Assembly: GCA_964016885.1 (NCBI GenBank)
Contig: OZ024742.1
Location: 344,534,001 to 344,598,000, forward strand
Reading direction: 5' to 3'
DNA length: 64,000 bases
Source: Eledone cirrhosa
Lineage: Eukaryota
The notes under the pieces: generated by a model
What the model was told of the DNA's origin: nothing
Database searches by the model: none
Seen by the model: the letters and a program-made list of their open reading frames with translations, nothing else
Shown: positions 30,901 to 46,445 of the stretch, one piece after another
Layout of the letters: each line of letters opens with the position of its first letter
How positions within the stretch are numbered: position 1 is the stretch's first letter
Position numbers and translations under genes: made by a program

Positions 30901-33787
30901 TACACACCACGTCATACACAGAGATAAATACCATGCCATACACACAGATACATACCATGGCATACACACAGATACATACCATGGCATACACACAGATACA
31001 CACCTTGGCATACATACAGATACACACATGCCATACACACAACAATACACACCATGTCATACACACATATACACAGCATGCCGTACACACAGATACATAC
31101 CATGTCATACACACAGATACACACCATGCCATACACACAGATACATACCATGCCATACACACATATACATACCATACCATACACACAGATACACACCATG
31201 CCGTACACACAGATACATAGCATGGCATACACACAGATACATACCATGCCATACACACAGATACATACCATGCCATACACACATATACATACCATGGCAT
31301 ACACAGAGATATATACCATGCCATACACACAGATACATACCATGGCATACACACAGATACATACCATGCATTACACACAGATACACACCATGGCATACAC
31401 ACAGATACACACCTTGGCATACATACAGATACACACATGCCATACACACAACAATACACACCATGTCATACACACAGATACACACCATGCCGTACACACA
31501 GATACATACCATGGCATACACACAGATATATACCATGCCATACACACAGATACATACTATGTCATACACACAGATACATACCACGCCATACACAGAGATA
31601 CATACCCTGCCATACACACAGATACACACCATGTCATACACAGAGATACATACCATGCCATACACACAGATACATAACATGCCATACACACAGATACATA
31701 CCATGCCATACACACAGATACACACCATGTCATACACACAGATACACACCATGCCATATGCACAGATACATACCATGCCATACGCACAGATACATACCAT
31801 GCCATACACACATATATATACCATGCCCTACACAGATACATACCATGTCATACACACAATACACACCATGCCATACACACAGATACACACCATGCCATAC
31901 GCACAGATACATACCATGCCATACACACAGCTACACACCATGCCATACACACAGATACATACCATGCCAAACACACAGATACATACCATGCCATACACAC
32001 AATACACACCGTGCCATACACACAGATACACAACATGCCATACGCACAGATACATACCATGTCATACACACAGAAACATACCATGCCATACACACAGATA
32101 CACACCATGCCATACACACAGATACATACCATGCCATACACACAGATACACACCATGCCATACGCACAGATACATACCATGCCAAACTCACAGATAAACA
32201 CCATGCCATACACACAGATATATACCATGTCATACACACAGATACACACCATGCCATACACACAGATACACACCATGTCATACACACAGATACATACCAT
32301 GCCAAACTCACAGATAAACACCATGCCATACACACAGATATATACCATGTCATACACACAGATACACACCATGCCATACACACAGATACACACCATGTCA
32401 TACACACAGATACATACCATGCCAAACTTACAGATAAACACCATGCCATACACACAGATATATACCATGCCATACACATAGATACACACCATGTCATACA
32501 CAGAGATACATACCATGCCATACACACAGATACATACCATGGCATACACACAGATACATACCATGGCATACACACAGATACACACCATGGCATACACACA
32601 GATAAACACCATGCCATACACACAACAATACACACCATGTCATACACTCAGATACACACCATGCCGTACACACAGATACATACCATGGCATACACACAGA
32701 TACATACCATGCCATACACACAGATACATACCATGTCATACACACAGATACATACCATGGCATACACACAGATATATACCATGCCATACACACAGATACA
32801 TACCATGGCATACACACAGATACATACCATGCATTACACACATATACACACCATGGCATACACACAGATACATACCATACCATACACACAGATACACACC
32901 ATGCCATACACACAGATACACACCATGCCATACACACAGATACATACCATGTCATACACACAGATACATACCATGCCATACACACAGATACATACCATGC
33001 CATACACACAGATACACACCATGGCATACACACAGATACACATCATGCCATACACACAGATACATACCATACCATACACACAGATACACACCATGCCATA
33101 CACACAGATACACACCATGCCATACACACAGATACATACCATGGCATACACACAGATACATACCATTGTATACACACAGATACATACCATGGCATAGATA
33201 CAGACACATACCATGGCATACACACAGATACATACCATGCCATACACACATATACATACCATGCCATACACACAGATACACACCATGCCATACACACAGA
33301 TACACACCATGCCATACACACAGATACATACCATGGCATACACATAGATACATACCATACCATACACACAGATACACACCATGCCATACACACAGATACA
33401 TACCATGGCATACACACAGATACATACCATGGCATACACACAGATACATACTATGGCATAGAAACAGATACATACCATGCAATACACACATATACATACC
33501 ATGCCATACACACAGATACATACCATGGCATACATACAGATATATACCATGCCATACACACAGATACATACCATGTCATACACACAGATACATAACATGC
33601 CATATACACAGATACATACCATGCCATACACACCGATACATACCATGCCATACACACAGATACACACCATGCCGTACACACAGATACATACCATGCCATA
33701 CACACAGATACACACCATGTCATACACACATATACACACCATGCCATACACACAGATACACACCATGTCATACACACAGATACATAC
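18970..33787. repeat. 14.8-kb array of the 24-bp satellite with higher-order repeats
   Basis: Same monomer as 1-2655. Variant blocks recur at 5684 bp (19114/24798, 20216/25900), 2772/2912 bp and 431 bp. Confidence 0.98.
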
Positions 33788-34211
33788 ATACATAGTGATA
33801 CACATCACGTCACACACAGATACATCTATACACACACACATACACACATACACCAAACAAACATATACATATTTGTGTGTGTGCATGCTTTTGTCCAAGC
33901 CGTGTTAATGTTAATGTATGTATATTTATATACATGCGAGAATGAAGAAAATACACAGGCAAGAAAAGAAAATACAGGCTACTATATGAAGTAGTAATGG
34001 CATTCAATTAGAACAATAACAACAATTACAACAATGCTATCAATAAATTATTTAAGGAGACCCTGACATTACTTAGGTGGGGGGTATATAATGTATCTAA
34101 TGTTACGGCGTGTAAAACTAGCTGTCATAAGGCAAAATGAAGCGTTGGCATGTACAAAGTACGAGTGTATATTGATGTGTATGTATGTGTATATCTACAC
34201 ATGCATGTGTA

Positions 34212-34320
<109 letters not shown>

Positions 34321-34563
34321 AAATATATGCGTATATTAATTCGTTAACCTCTGTATTAACTCAACAACTATTTAGCTTTGACAGTGGTCCCACTCTTGTA
34401 TACTGTTGAAGATTAAGAGAAAGACTGTAAAAACTAGCTTATCTTTATAATTTAAAATTGATATACACTACGATACTTTGTACATGCCAACGCTTCATTT
34501 TGCCTTATGACAGCTAGTTTTACACGCCGTAACATTAGATACATTATATACCCCCCAAGATAG

Positions 34564-36471
34564 GGCCTCAAGATAGTTAATAAACTCGGAATTTCAGATA
34601 GGACCGAACCGCTTATCCCGTGCAACCCTACATTTAACCTGAAGGATCACAAAAATAACTTTGAAACTAATCCCACCATTAGATTAATATGCCCATCCAA
34701 GTCAGACATAGGTAAAATTAGCAAGAACATTCTAGATAGGGTAATCGCACAAATAAAGGGTAAACTAGAAATCAATTTATGGGGCAACACTAACGAGGCA
34801 ATTAAATGGTTCAATAAAATACAAAATAGGGAGACGTGTAACTTCATACAATTTAATATAGACGACTATTATGCATCCATATCCCCAGCTACCCTAGATA
34901 AGGCGCTTATATTTGCCCAAAATAACTCTGATCTTATCCATGATGAAATTGAAATAATAATAGCGGCTAGAAGGACTATCATAAAATTTGAAAATAACTA
35001 CTGGGTAAGAAAGGATAGAATAAATAGCTTCGATATAACAATGGGATCAAATGATTCTGCGCAAATCACAGATATCGTGGGGCTATTCATAGCACACAAC
35101 CTACATAAGGAATTCAGTAACCTCCAAGGAGGAATTTATAGGGACGACACGTTACTTATAGCTAGGAACCTAAACAACCAGAGCATGGAAAGACTAAGGA
35201 AAAATATTAGAATATTCTTCAAAAAACTAGGCCTAAGTATTACCTACGAACTAAACCATAAGAAGGTAAATTTTCTAGATGTAACTCTAAATCTAAATAC
35301 TGGACTAATAGAACCTTTCCACAAAAATAATGAAAATCTTGCCTACATTAGTTACAACTCAAATCACCCCAAATCCATAATTAAATCCATAGCACGTAGT
35401 ATATCCCTCCGAATATCCCGCTTATCCTCAAACATAGAAATCTTTAACGAGCATGCTGACTATTATAATGCAGCATTAAGTAGGGCCGGTCATAAAGATA
35501 AACTACAGTATATAGTGAATAAGGACAACATAAACAATCCTAGTAATTCCTACTCCAACCGCTCACATAATAATAGGAATAGCTTGACTAGACATAGGAT
35601 TAGACATGTAACACCTGGAGTAAACGGCCAAAACACTAATAACGTAAACCCAAGAAACAATAGAAGAAACAGACAAAGAAAATACCTATGGTTCAACCCA
35701 ATATTCAACTCCTCTATAAAAACTAGACTGCCCTCTACATTCTTTAAACTAATAGATAAACACTTCCCTATCTCGCATAGATATCACAAAATACTCAATA
35801 GATCTACGATAAAACTCTCATTCTCAACAGCAGCTAACATAGAATCACACATACGCAAGATCAACCACAGAAATATCTCTAGTAAATCAATTGCACCTAT
35901 ACATAAGCACAAACTCATCACAACATCACAACCACAAGCGCATACAAACGCGCAGCAGCAAAACCCCATTGGGCATATATCACAACCCACTTATAACAGA
36001 GTACTAAACAGGAATGTAAAAGCTGCACAAAATAGCACCTCAAACTGTAACTGTCACCTCCCAGATAGGTGCCCATTGGCGAACAGATGTCTCGATTCGA
36101 GCCTGGTGTACATGTGCACTGTCATCTCGGGTAACTCCACCTGGAATTACATAGGATCCACCGCGGGTTCTTTTAAGAAAAGATGGTATGTGCACAGGCA
36201 CTCAGTGAAAAACCGTGCACTTATGGGTTCCACAACCCTCGCCAAAAAAATATGGGAATTGAAGGACAGCAACACTAACTACAGTATCAACTGGTCGAAG
36301 TTGTCGGCTGCTAAAACCTATAGTACAGGGATGTCCCATTGCGGGCTATGTGATCTTGAGCTATTGTATATCCTTAGAAATGTTAAAAGGCTGCTTAACA
36401 ATAAGTTAGAAAGATCTATCTTCTGCAGACATAGAATAGCCACTAAATTTATAAGATTCAAACCTCCGTGA
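34564..36471 (+). pseudogene. Penelope RT + GIY-YIG ORF, duplicate
   Basis: Same translation as 3432-5339. Confidence 0.9.
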
Positions 36472-36799
36472 ATCGAACCAACATAACATAGCTTTAAATT
36501 AGGATACCTACTACCCACAGAAATATATTCATTAAGTATACTATATCCTTTACAAGTCTATACCACACAATTGTCTGTAAGTACCTCATCTACCAACAAT
36601 CTTACTCCTTCTCAGCTGCTGCCATCATTTGATCCTAAATCCTAGTTTTTCTCATTTCACTACTACAATGTTACTTTACCTTCTTTTTGCCATAATTACA
36701 ATTAGCACGCTTATCTCTTTGCATGTATGTATATTTTTGTACGAGTGTATATTGATGTGTATGTATGTGTCTATGTACACATGCATGTGTATATATGTG

Positions 36800-36856
<57 letters not shown>

Positions 36857-37239
36857 AAATATATGCGTATATTAATTAGTTAACCTCTGTATTAACTCAA
36901 CAACTATTTTGCTTTGACAGTGGTCCCACTCATGTATAGTGTTGAAGATGAAGAGAAAGACTGTAAAAACTAGCTTATCTTTATAATTTAAAATTGATAT
37001 ACACTACGATACTTTGTACATGCCAACGCTTCATTTTGCCTTATGACAGCTAGTTTTACACGCCGTAACATTAGATACATTATATACCTCCCACCTAAGT
37101 AATGTCAGGGTCTCCTTAAATAATTTATTGATAGCATTGTTGTAATTGTTGTTATTGTTCTAATTGAATGCCATTACTACTTCATATAGTAGCGTGTATT
37201 TTCTTTTCTTTTCTTGCCTGTGTATTTTCTTCATTCTCG

Positions 37240-37352
37240 CATGCTCCGAAGATCTGACTGGTTATAATTCTGTATTGGCGATCGAGTAACGCAAAATTAA
37301 GCGAATAGCGATCTCTAGACATACCAGTTCAGTGAAACAAATGTAAGCTATG
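37240..37352 (+). ncRNA. Hammerhead ribozyme variant (CCGAAGA), duplicate
   Basis: Copy of 6108-6220. Confidence 0.7.
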
Positions 37353-37573
37353 TGATTAAAAACTTTTTTGTATAGCAAACCATGTAAACCTTCTTTCCTG
37401 ATTTATTATTACTCCAAGTGTTTACAACATAGGAATTACGGCATACCCGCAGCATCACTATGAAAACGCCTTGTTGAGTCAAACCAAGCCAAGCGTTAAG
37501 ATTATCCACTACCTGGAATACCATAACTGGACTTCACCTAAGTGGACTGCATTTAACTATTATTTGTTAATCC

Positions 37574-37619
<46 letters not shown>

Positions 37620-37677
37620 GGAATAGAATGAAACGAAATTTCATTTCTCACTCTTAGTACGGCAGTTACTGAAATAA

Positions 37678-38034
37678 AAGTATGTATGTATGTATACGTG
37701 CATACATAGATGTATACAGACGTACAGTAGTATGTATATATATATACACACATGCACACATATATATATATGGACGTATCGGTTTACCGCACATTTATTA
37801 TAATGCTCGGTTTCTTTGTATACAAACAAACACCCAAAAAGATGACGGGGTTGCCTAAACACTGTTCGGCGTAATTCGGGCTGTTTGTTTGTTTACAAAT
37901 AAACCCAGCATTATAATAAATGTTCGGTAAACCGATACGTCCATATATATATGTGTGCATGTATGTATATATATATACATACTACTGTACGTCTGTATAC
38001 ATATATGTATGTACGTATACATACATACATACTT
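37678..38034. repeat. Fold-back inverted repeat, duplicate
   Basis: Copy of 6546-6902. Confidence 0.85.
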
Positions 38035-38225
38035 ATATATATATATATATATAATAAAGAATTCATATCTAGTAACATATATATACATACAAATGCATAT
38101 CGATGCTAGCAAATATATAGGTTTTGTCTTAATAACATTGTGGTTCAATGCATGGGGTTGCAGAACAATAATATAAGAGACGTAAAATAAGAAAATTATA
38201 AAATTAACTTACTTACTAAAATATC

Positions 38226-38307
38226 ACTTCCAACTAATTAGTTTCTGCAATGGAGTAGATACATCTTCCGAAGAAGGTGTAGAGAAACATCCCGTCATCA
38301 GGAAAGT
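38226..38307 (-). ncRNA. Hammerhead candidate, duplicate
   Basis: Copy of 7094-7175. Confidence 0.6.
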
Positions 38308-38770
38308 CAATTCTCATATAAGTTTCCAGGCAAAGCGAGGACACTGGAAGCTTATTAAAAAATAAATCAGTGAATAGGAAATAGCAAAGCGTGGACTTAA
38401 TTCCTAGCCATTGAGAAAATCACTGCCTCTGTGTCCGTGGCAAATTCAAAAAGAATTGAACACGTGACATCGAGGTCAATCGGTGGAAAGTGGGTTGTTA
38501 ATAAGACAGCGGCCAGCCTACTACTGTAGCAGCAGTCATGGCCAGTATTGCTCGACAAAAGATTTGGAGATAATAATAAAGAATTCATATCTAGTAACAT
38601 ATATATACATACAAATGCATATCGATGCTAGCAAATATATAGGTTTTGTCTTAATAACATTGTGGTTCAATGCATGGGGTTGCAGAACAATAATATACGA
38701 GACGTAAAATAAGAAAATTATAAAATTAACTTACTTACAATATAACAATATATTGTAAGTAAGTTAATAT

Positions 38771-38922
<152 letters not shown>

Positions 38923-39951
38923 GTGTGTGTGTGTGTGTGTATGCAGAGGTTATATTTATTTTGTTGGGATTCAACAACCTTAAACATTTTTAAAGATTTT
39001 TTAAAAGGTTTTTTTTTATTTTTTTTTTAAATAATTTTTAAAAGGTTTTTTTAAAAAGGTTTTTTAAAAGATTATTTAAAAGTTTTTTTTATGTATCCTT
39101 GGAATCATTTGAGTTCTTAAAAAATCACTTCTAACTTCCTTTATACTTCCTTACTGTTTTTATAATCTAATTAAGTAGTTATTCCTTTGTAAACTCTCGT
39201 AACTTTTCATAAATTTGGAATTATTTCGATGTTTAAGTTTTGACTTACAACTATTAATATATATAATTTTGCCAAACTTACTTTAATCAAATAAACTATA
39301 CTAGATTTTCTCTAATGTAAAATACTATACATTTAAATAATTTATAATCCATAACATACACATCTAAACCAATATATTATTTCTAATACACCTTAATATA
39401 ATATAAATACTTCTGTTTTAATTTTAATTTTTTTATTTTTTTATTTTAAATTTTAATATTAATATTAAATTAAATTTTTAATATTAAAGTAAATTTTAAT
39501 CTTTAAATTTGATTTTTAATTTTAATTTAACTTTTCAACTTATTATAAATATTATAATCACAACGTAATGAACCCTATATTCTAAATATTATTCTTCCAC
39601 GTTAATCTTATTTCTTCTTTCACTTCTTCGTTCACTTAGATATATTTATGCTATGTATATTCTTCCATTAACATTTATTTCCTCGTTCACAATCACTATG
39701 TATAATCGTTCTTTCTTTCTTCTTCTCTCTTTCTTCTCCCTTTTCTTCACTCTCCCTTACATATCATCTTTCTTCCAACGGTTTAATTTAAATACACCGT
39801 TATCTTTTTAACTTTTCGGACACTCATTTGCATACTTACTCATAACTTTGTATTACCCTCAATAAAATATTATCTCCACTATCCAGGAAGCTCCAACCGT
39901 TAAGGTTGTCTTTTTTCGGGTATGTCAATATTTATTTATAAAACAAATCTG

Positions 39952-40017
39952 TATTTTATCTGATGAAAGCGCACCATAATTTGCCTTGGTTGCCTTTGAA
40001 ATATATATAATAAAATA
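39952..40017 (+). ncRNA. Minimal hammerhead ribozyme, duplicate
   Basis: Copy of 8820-8885. Confidence 0.88.
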
Positions 40018-40717
40018 AATATGGTTTTATAAATATAGTTTCCATTTATTAATATATTATGTGCATATATATATGTATATATATGTATATATATATATAT
40101 GTGTGTGTATATATACATGTATATATATATATACATGTATATATATATATATACATGTATATATATGTACAGCCACCGGAAATAACAGCTGTGAAATATA
40201 CAGCGCCATCTACCTGTTAGCTAGCTACTCAACGTGAAACAAAAGAACCCTTAGAACCTACTAGAATTAGAACCTACCAGAATAAACGCCTAGACATCGA
40301 CTAAACAACAAAGGATTGTTCCTGTATAAATAGAGTGGTTCATAACACTTTCGCCAGTCGACTTTTGGCAGAGTCAGCTAGCGCATCGTTGTTCCTTTAC
40401 TCTGCCACGCTTTGTCACTCACACACGCATTGCCTTGTACCCCGTATCGTTGCTTCATGTGAAAATAAATAGCTGATCGAATTTACATCTCGCCTTGCTT
40501 CGTCCTTTCAACCTGTGCTTTCGTCTGTCCATCCTCAACAGTTCTTTTAAGGGCTATCTTCATATCTGATCAGACCGTATGCGATAACAGTCCTTCTAAG
40601 GACTATTCTCGGATCTGATCAGAAGTAGTGACTAGACTGACCAACCAGTGTCGCTACAATTGGTGACCCGAACGTGAGTCGAACGCGCAACCAGACAGCA
40701 CCTAAGAAAATATCAAC

Positions 40718-41056
40718 ATGGACATGTCACAAACGACAGAAGCCGAGATTTCAGAGCTGCGGGCTATGATCAGAGAGCGGGCTGGTCAAATTAAAGCCCT
40801 CTCGAATCAAGTAGAGAACTTGACCTTTCAAACACACCGGCGACGCTGCAACAATCGATCCAGGCCTTTTCACAGTCGAAGATCCAGTAGTCCCAGGCAA
40901 AATCGTGTGCCTGGAAACCTCTGTTGGTATCACACAAATTTCGGCGCACAGGCATCTAAGTGCAAAGCCCCGTGCTCTTTCCGGAATGCCACCCAGGGCC
41001 TAGCGACGACGTTCACCCCTGGTACTGTAAAGAAAAGTCGTCTATTTTTTTATTAA
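40718..41056 (+). pseudogene. gag: Truncated Gag, duplicate
   Basis: Same translation as 9586-9924. Confidence 0.75.
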
Positions 41057-42341
41057 CGACCAGGCGACAGGCATCCGATACCTCGTTGATACAGGAGCCC
41101 AGGTCAGTGTTATTCCGGTTTCACTGATCTCGGGCAAAAGACACCCAACCCCATCCTTTCTGCAGGCAGTGAACCAATCGTCAATTCCGACTTTCGGGGA
41201 GAAGTCTCTGACCCTCAATTTAGGCCTGAGGCGGCGTTTTCAATGGGTGTTCGTCGTGGCAGACCTGCCGACCCCGATCCTAGGAGCCGATTTTCTCCAC
41301 CACTTCAACCTTCTGGTGGATATGAAGAACCGGAGGCTTATTGACACCACCACAAACCTCACTGTGAGAGGTATATTTACGATGCAATCCACAGTGAGCC
41401 CTGTAATTCGCCAGTCAGAGCCTTCGCGGTACAACGGCAATCTCCAGAAATACCCAGACATCACTCGCCCGGTATTTAAGGATGGTCCAATTAAGCATAG
41501 TGTCACACACCACATCGAGACAAAGGGACCACCCACAGCTGCCCGACCAAGGAGACTGCCTCCAGACCGATTGAGAATCGCCAAGCAGGAGTTCCAACAC
41601 ATGCTGGACCTCGGAATCATTCGCCCTTCCTCCAGCAACTGGTCTGCACCCCTACACCTTGTTCCAAAAAAAAACGAGAATGATTGGCGACCATGTGGGG
41701 ATTATCGTGCACTTAACAATTCTACAGTGCCCGATAATTACCCTGTACCTCACCTGCACGATTTTTCTGCCTCTCTGCAAGGCGCACGTATCTTTTCCAA
41801 GGTAGATCTGGTGCGTGCATATAACCAGATACCTATGGAGCCTGCAGACATTCCGGAGACCGCAATCACAACACCGTTCGGTTTATTCGAATTCCTGCAA
41901 ATGCCGTTCGGTCTGCGCAACGCTGCACAAACTTTTCAGCGGTTCATTGACACCGTGTTACGCGATCTACCCTTCGTATACGCGTATATTGACGACGTAC
42001 TGGTGTCAAGTGCTTCCGAGAATGAACACGAGAAGCACTTAGATCTCCTTTTCCGACGTTTGGCTGAGTACGGTATCATCATCAACCACAGCAAGTGCCT
42101 TCTCGGCGTTCCTTCACTGTCCTTTCTCGGGCACATCATCGATAAATACGGCATTCGTCCACTTCCCGAGAAAGTAGAAGCTATCCGCAGTTTTCCCGCA
42201 CCTACATCACTTCGGAAACTGCGTGAATTCCTCGGTCTGGTGAATTTTTATAGGCGGTTCATTCCTCATTGTTCCGACGCAGCCAGACTCCTCACGGACC
42301 TTCTTCGTAACCGGACTCGCAAAACGAAGAGATCACTCTAA
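41055..42341 (+). pseudogene. pol: Pol protease + RT, duplicate
   Basis: Same translation as 9923-11209. Confidence 0.93.
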
Positions 42342-42379
42342 GCGAGGAAGAATTAACATCTTTTAACCGCCTGAAGGAA

Positions 42380-44110
42380 ATGTTGGCAAACGCTTCCATG
42401 CTCGTTTTCCCCTGGTCTGGCGCTCCTCTTTCGCTGCTAGTGGACGCATCAGACACGGGGGTTGGAGGCGTTCTACAACAATATGTCGACGGCGTGTGGC
42501 AACCCTTATCCTTCTTTTCTAAGCGGTTGCAACCGGCAGAAACGAAATACAGTACCTTTGGCCGCGAACTCTTGGCAACCTATCTTTCGGTTAAGCATTT
42601 TCGGCACTTGCTCGAACGATTAGATTTCGTGATTTACACGGACCATAAACCACTAGTTTATGCGTTCCGTACCAAACCTGATCGACATTCACCGAGAGAA
42701 CTCCAACACCTGGATTTTGTCTCCCAATATTCAACTGATATTCGGCATATCAAGGGATCAGACAACGTAGCAGCCGACGCCCTGTCCCGAATCCAGCTGA
42801 ACGCAATACATGTGCATTCAGGCATCGACCTTCAACAAATCGCAGCTGACCAAGAGACTGACGAAGAGTTTATGAAACTCCGAGATTCGCCATCTCTCAA
42901 GTTTCAGCAAGTTCCCATTCCTTCTTCTCCGGGACAAATTTGGTGCGACCTTTCTACCGGTCATGAACGACCGTACGTACCACAGATGCATCGTCGACAA
43001 GTTTTTTCTGCTTTACACTGCGTGTCTCACCCGGGAATCCGGGCTACACAGAAACTTATCTCTGCTCGTTTTGTGTGGACTAACATTAACAAGGACGTGT
43101 GCGACTGGTCCAGGAGCTGCATTGCCTGCCAGAAAGCCAAAGTCCACAGACACATCAAAACTCCACTCGGCACATTCGCGCAACCTGATGCACGTTTTCA
43201 TCATGTGCATATCGACATCGTCGGACCTCTACCACCATCACAGAACTACACACACTTGCTCACCTGCATCGATCGATTTTCTCGTTGGCCTGAGGCTTTT
43301 CCCGTAAATGATACCTCAGCAGAAACAGTCGCTAAAACTTTGGTTTTACACTGGGTATCACGTTATGGCGCCCCAGCGAAGATAACAACGGACAGAGGAC
43401 GCCAATTTGACTCTCACCTCTTCAGAGAACTGACTCGCCTGTTAGGATGTAAACACATCCGCACGACAGCTTATCACCCGCAAGCTAATGGTCTCGTAGA
43501 AAGATTCCATCGCCAATTGAAAGCTGCAATAAAAGCATATCCAGACAAGACACACCGGTTTGAATACCTACCACTCATCCTTCTGGGCATTCGTTCCACC
43601 GTTAAGGAGGAATTCGGACACACACCTGCAGAATTAGTCTACGGCACCACCCTGGTTCTACCTGGTCAGATGGCTGCTCCCATCTCTCCTCAGGATGTTC
43701 CAGACCCAGGATCATACGTACACCGTCTTCGACAATATATGTCTCATCTTGCTCCGGCAAGCACCCGTCAACAGAACACGGCCACACACGTACCTTCAGA
43801 CATTGATGATTGGACACACGTTTTCGTTCGAAACAACACCATCTCAGCTCATCTTCGACCTCCATATTCTGGCCCTTATCGTGTTCTAAAAAAATATCCG
43901 AAATATTTTATTCTCGATCTAGATGGTAAACAGAATTCTGTCAGCGTGGACAGATTAAAAAAAGCCATCATGGATACTGTTACAGTCTCTACACCAGAAA
44001 CTCAAACAGATTGCTGTCCCAGCGAGCCACCTGTTTCATCTCCAGTCACGAGAAGCGGACGACGCGTCCATTGGCCCGCAAAGTTGGCACAATATGTGAA
44101 TTACCGTTAA
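42380..44110 (+). pseudogene. pol: Pol RNase H + integrase, duplicate
   Basis: Same translation as 11248-12978. Confidence 0.95.
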
Positions 44111-45504
44111 CCTCAAGTGAGTTTCTTAATCACTCTTCGTGCAAAACATTTCCATTTTTCTTGTGTTTACTATTTCCAGTTTCAAATACAATGAACTTTC
44201 TGCTTGAACAATTGCAATTTTTAGTGACCATGTGCTCATGTCACGAAGAACATTATTTATTATGAACATAAACACTATTTAAGAACAAACATTGTGTATA
44301 TCATTGTGTATAACATTTTTTTTTCTTCTTTCTCTTGTTTTGCAAAATTTGTATTTTTCTTGTTCTGTAACATTGATTGTGTAATTGCCATAATTTTTAT
44401 ATACATACAAGGCGTGTACATATTCTGTTTTTCATGCACACTACAAAACCACATTTGTTTCACCTTTTTGTTCATACACTGAGCAATAGATATTTGTGTC
44501 CCTCTAACTCTTACACTACAAAATGTTTTCTCTTTGATCACGCATTTCACAAATCACAACATCAAAACACTGGCCTTCTGTTTTCACGTACACATTCACT
44601 CAATAGCTCGAGAATGCCTCGCTATTTTTTACCACATGCATTCGCTCAAGTCATATGCTGTGGAGCAAACTGTTACTTTTAGGCAGCATGTTTACGGCCA
44701 TTCAGTTCACACATTACAGTTATCTTCACTGCCCAGTTAGACTTTTTGTCACGCAATTCACAGGCAGCTCAACCGAAATTGCAACAGGCTCATTCATCAC
44801 GCCTGCATAAATCTGGTCAAAGTCATTTTATAGTTTATTTCTTTTTTCTCTTCCTGACACACACATCTTGCCATATCATCTCTACATCGACTCTGTCCTG
44901 TACTCGATGATCACAAAATTTCACAACGTGCTGGACAATCCTGGGGCTATTGCCATGACAAATGCACCACTGGCCCATTACTATACGATATTTCGCTCTT
45001 TTGTTGTACAAAAGAACTGGAAGAGGGCTAATGTACAGCCACCGGAAATAACAGCTGTGAAATATACAGCGCCATCTACCTGTTAGCTAGCTACTCAACG
45101 TGAAACAAAAGAACCCTTAGAACCTACCAGAATAAACGCCTACACATCGACTAAACAACAAAGGATTGTTCCTGTATAAATAGAGTGGTTCCTAACACTT
45201 TCGCCAGTCGACTTTTGGCAGAGTCAGCTAGCGCATCGTTGTTCCTTTACTCTGCCACGCTTTGTCACTCACACACGCATTGCCTTGTACCCCGTATCGT
45301 TGCTTCATGTGAAAATAAATAGCTGATCGAATTTACATCTCGCCTTGCTTCGTCCTTTCAACCTGTGCTTTCGTCTGTCCATCCTCAACAGTTCTTTTAA
45401 GGGCTATCTTCATATCTGATCAGACCGTATGCGATAACAGTCCTTCTAAGAACTATTCTCGGATCTGATCAGAAGTAGTGACTAGACTGACCAACTAGTG
45501 TCGC

Positions 45505-45545
<41 letters not shown>

Positions 45546-45576
45546 GTGTGTGTGTGTGTATATGTATACATGTATA

Positions 45577-45617
<41 letters not shown>

Positions 45618-45744
45618 CTTATTCATTTATACAGCTCCAACCGGGATTGATTGAAGCATATTCTATATTACATATACGATTGGCATTTTCCAGCCCGATT
45701 AGTTGAGCACTCTACAGTTTTCAGGAATTTAACCAACATACACC

Positions 45745-46445
45745 ATGGACCTTTATGAATTGGATTATTCAATCAAAAATATACCTACTCCTTCCAACAC
45801 AACTTATACCAAAATGCTTATAGATAAAATCGAACAAGTCGTTAAAAGAATGAGATGGAAGGCAATGGTTTACGATGGACTATTCAATGCTGATACCAAT
45901 GATTGTTTTGACATAAAATCTCGTAAATATCCACCTAGAATTAAAGACATGGCCAACTTCGAATTAGACCTTGTTAATTTAATTAGTGATATCAAATTTC
46001 GTAAGTACAATAATAACTTTCAAACTAAACTGTCTAACGATATTTCTAATTTAAAAAATTCTACAAACACCTTTGTTCTTTCTGATAAAACTAAAAATCT
46101 CTTTGAAGTATTTTGTATAACCAACTTTTAACTAATAGTATCACCAACAAATATCAATTAACTAATAATAATACCTACAATACTATTAATAAAGAAGCTA
46201 AAGAACTAGCTAGTTCTTTAAAAATAGACAACCGGATTGAAAGCCTAGCTAAGCGTAAAGAATATATTACCCTTAAAGACCATAAATTAGACTTTACTAA
46301 TCGACCTAGTTGTAGACTGATTAACCCGGCTAAATCCGAAGTTGGCCTTGCAAGTAAAAAAATCTTAAGAAAAATAATTCTCCAAATTATAACTAAGACT
46401 GACCTATCACAGTGGCTAAATACTTCCTCTTTTGTACAACTTTAA
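45745..46445 (+). pseudogene. Second Penelope ORF N-terminal fragment, duplicate
   Basis: Copy of 14613-15313. Confidence 0.85.

Larger units (their letters stand above)
40166..45508 (+). mobile_element. Ty3/Gypsy LTR retrotransposon, duplicate
   Basis: LTRs 40166-40658 and 45032-45508; same lesions as the first copy. Confidence 0.96.

Noticed and set aside
18970-33908. Long His/Thr/Tyr-rich ORFs of up to 960 aa on both strands (also at 18-2776)
   Set aside because: The 24-bp monomer is a multiple of three and has no stops, so all frames stay open. Frames swap freely at monomer indels, with no sign of coding constraint.
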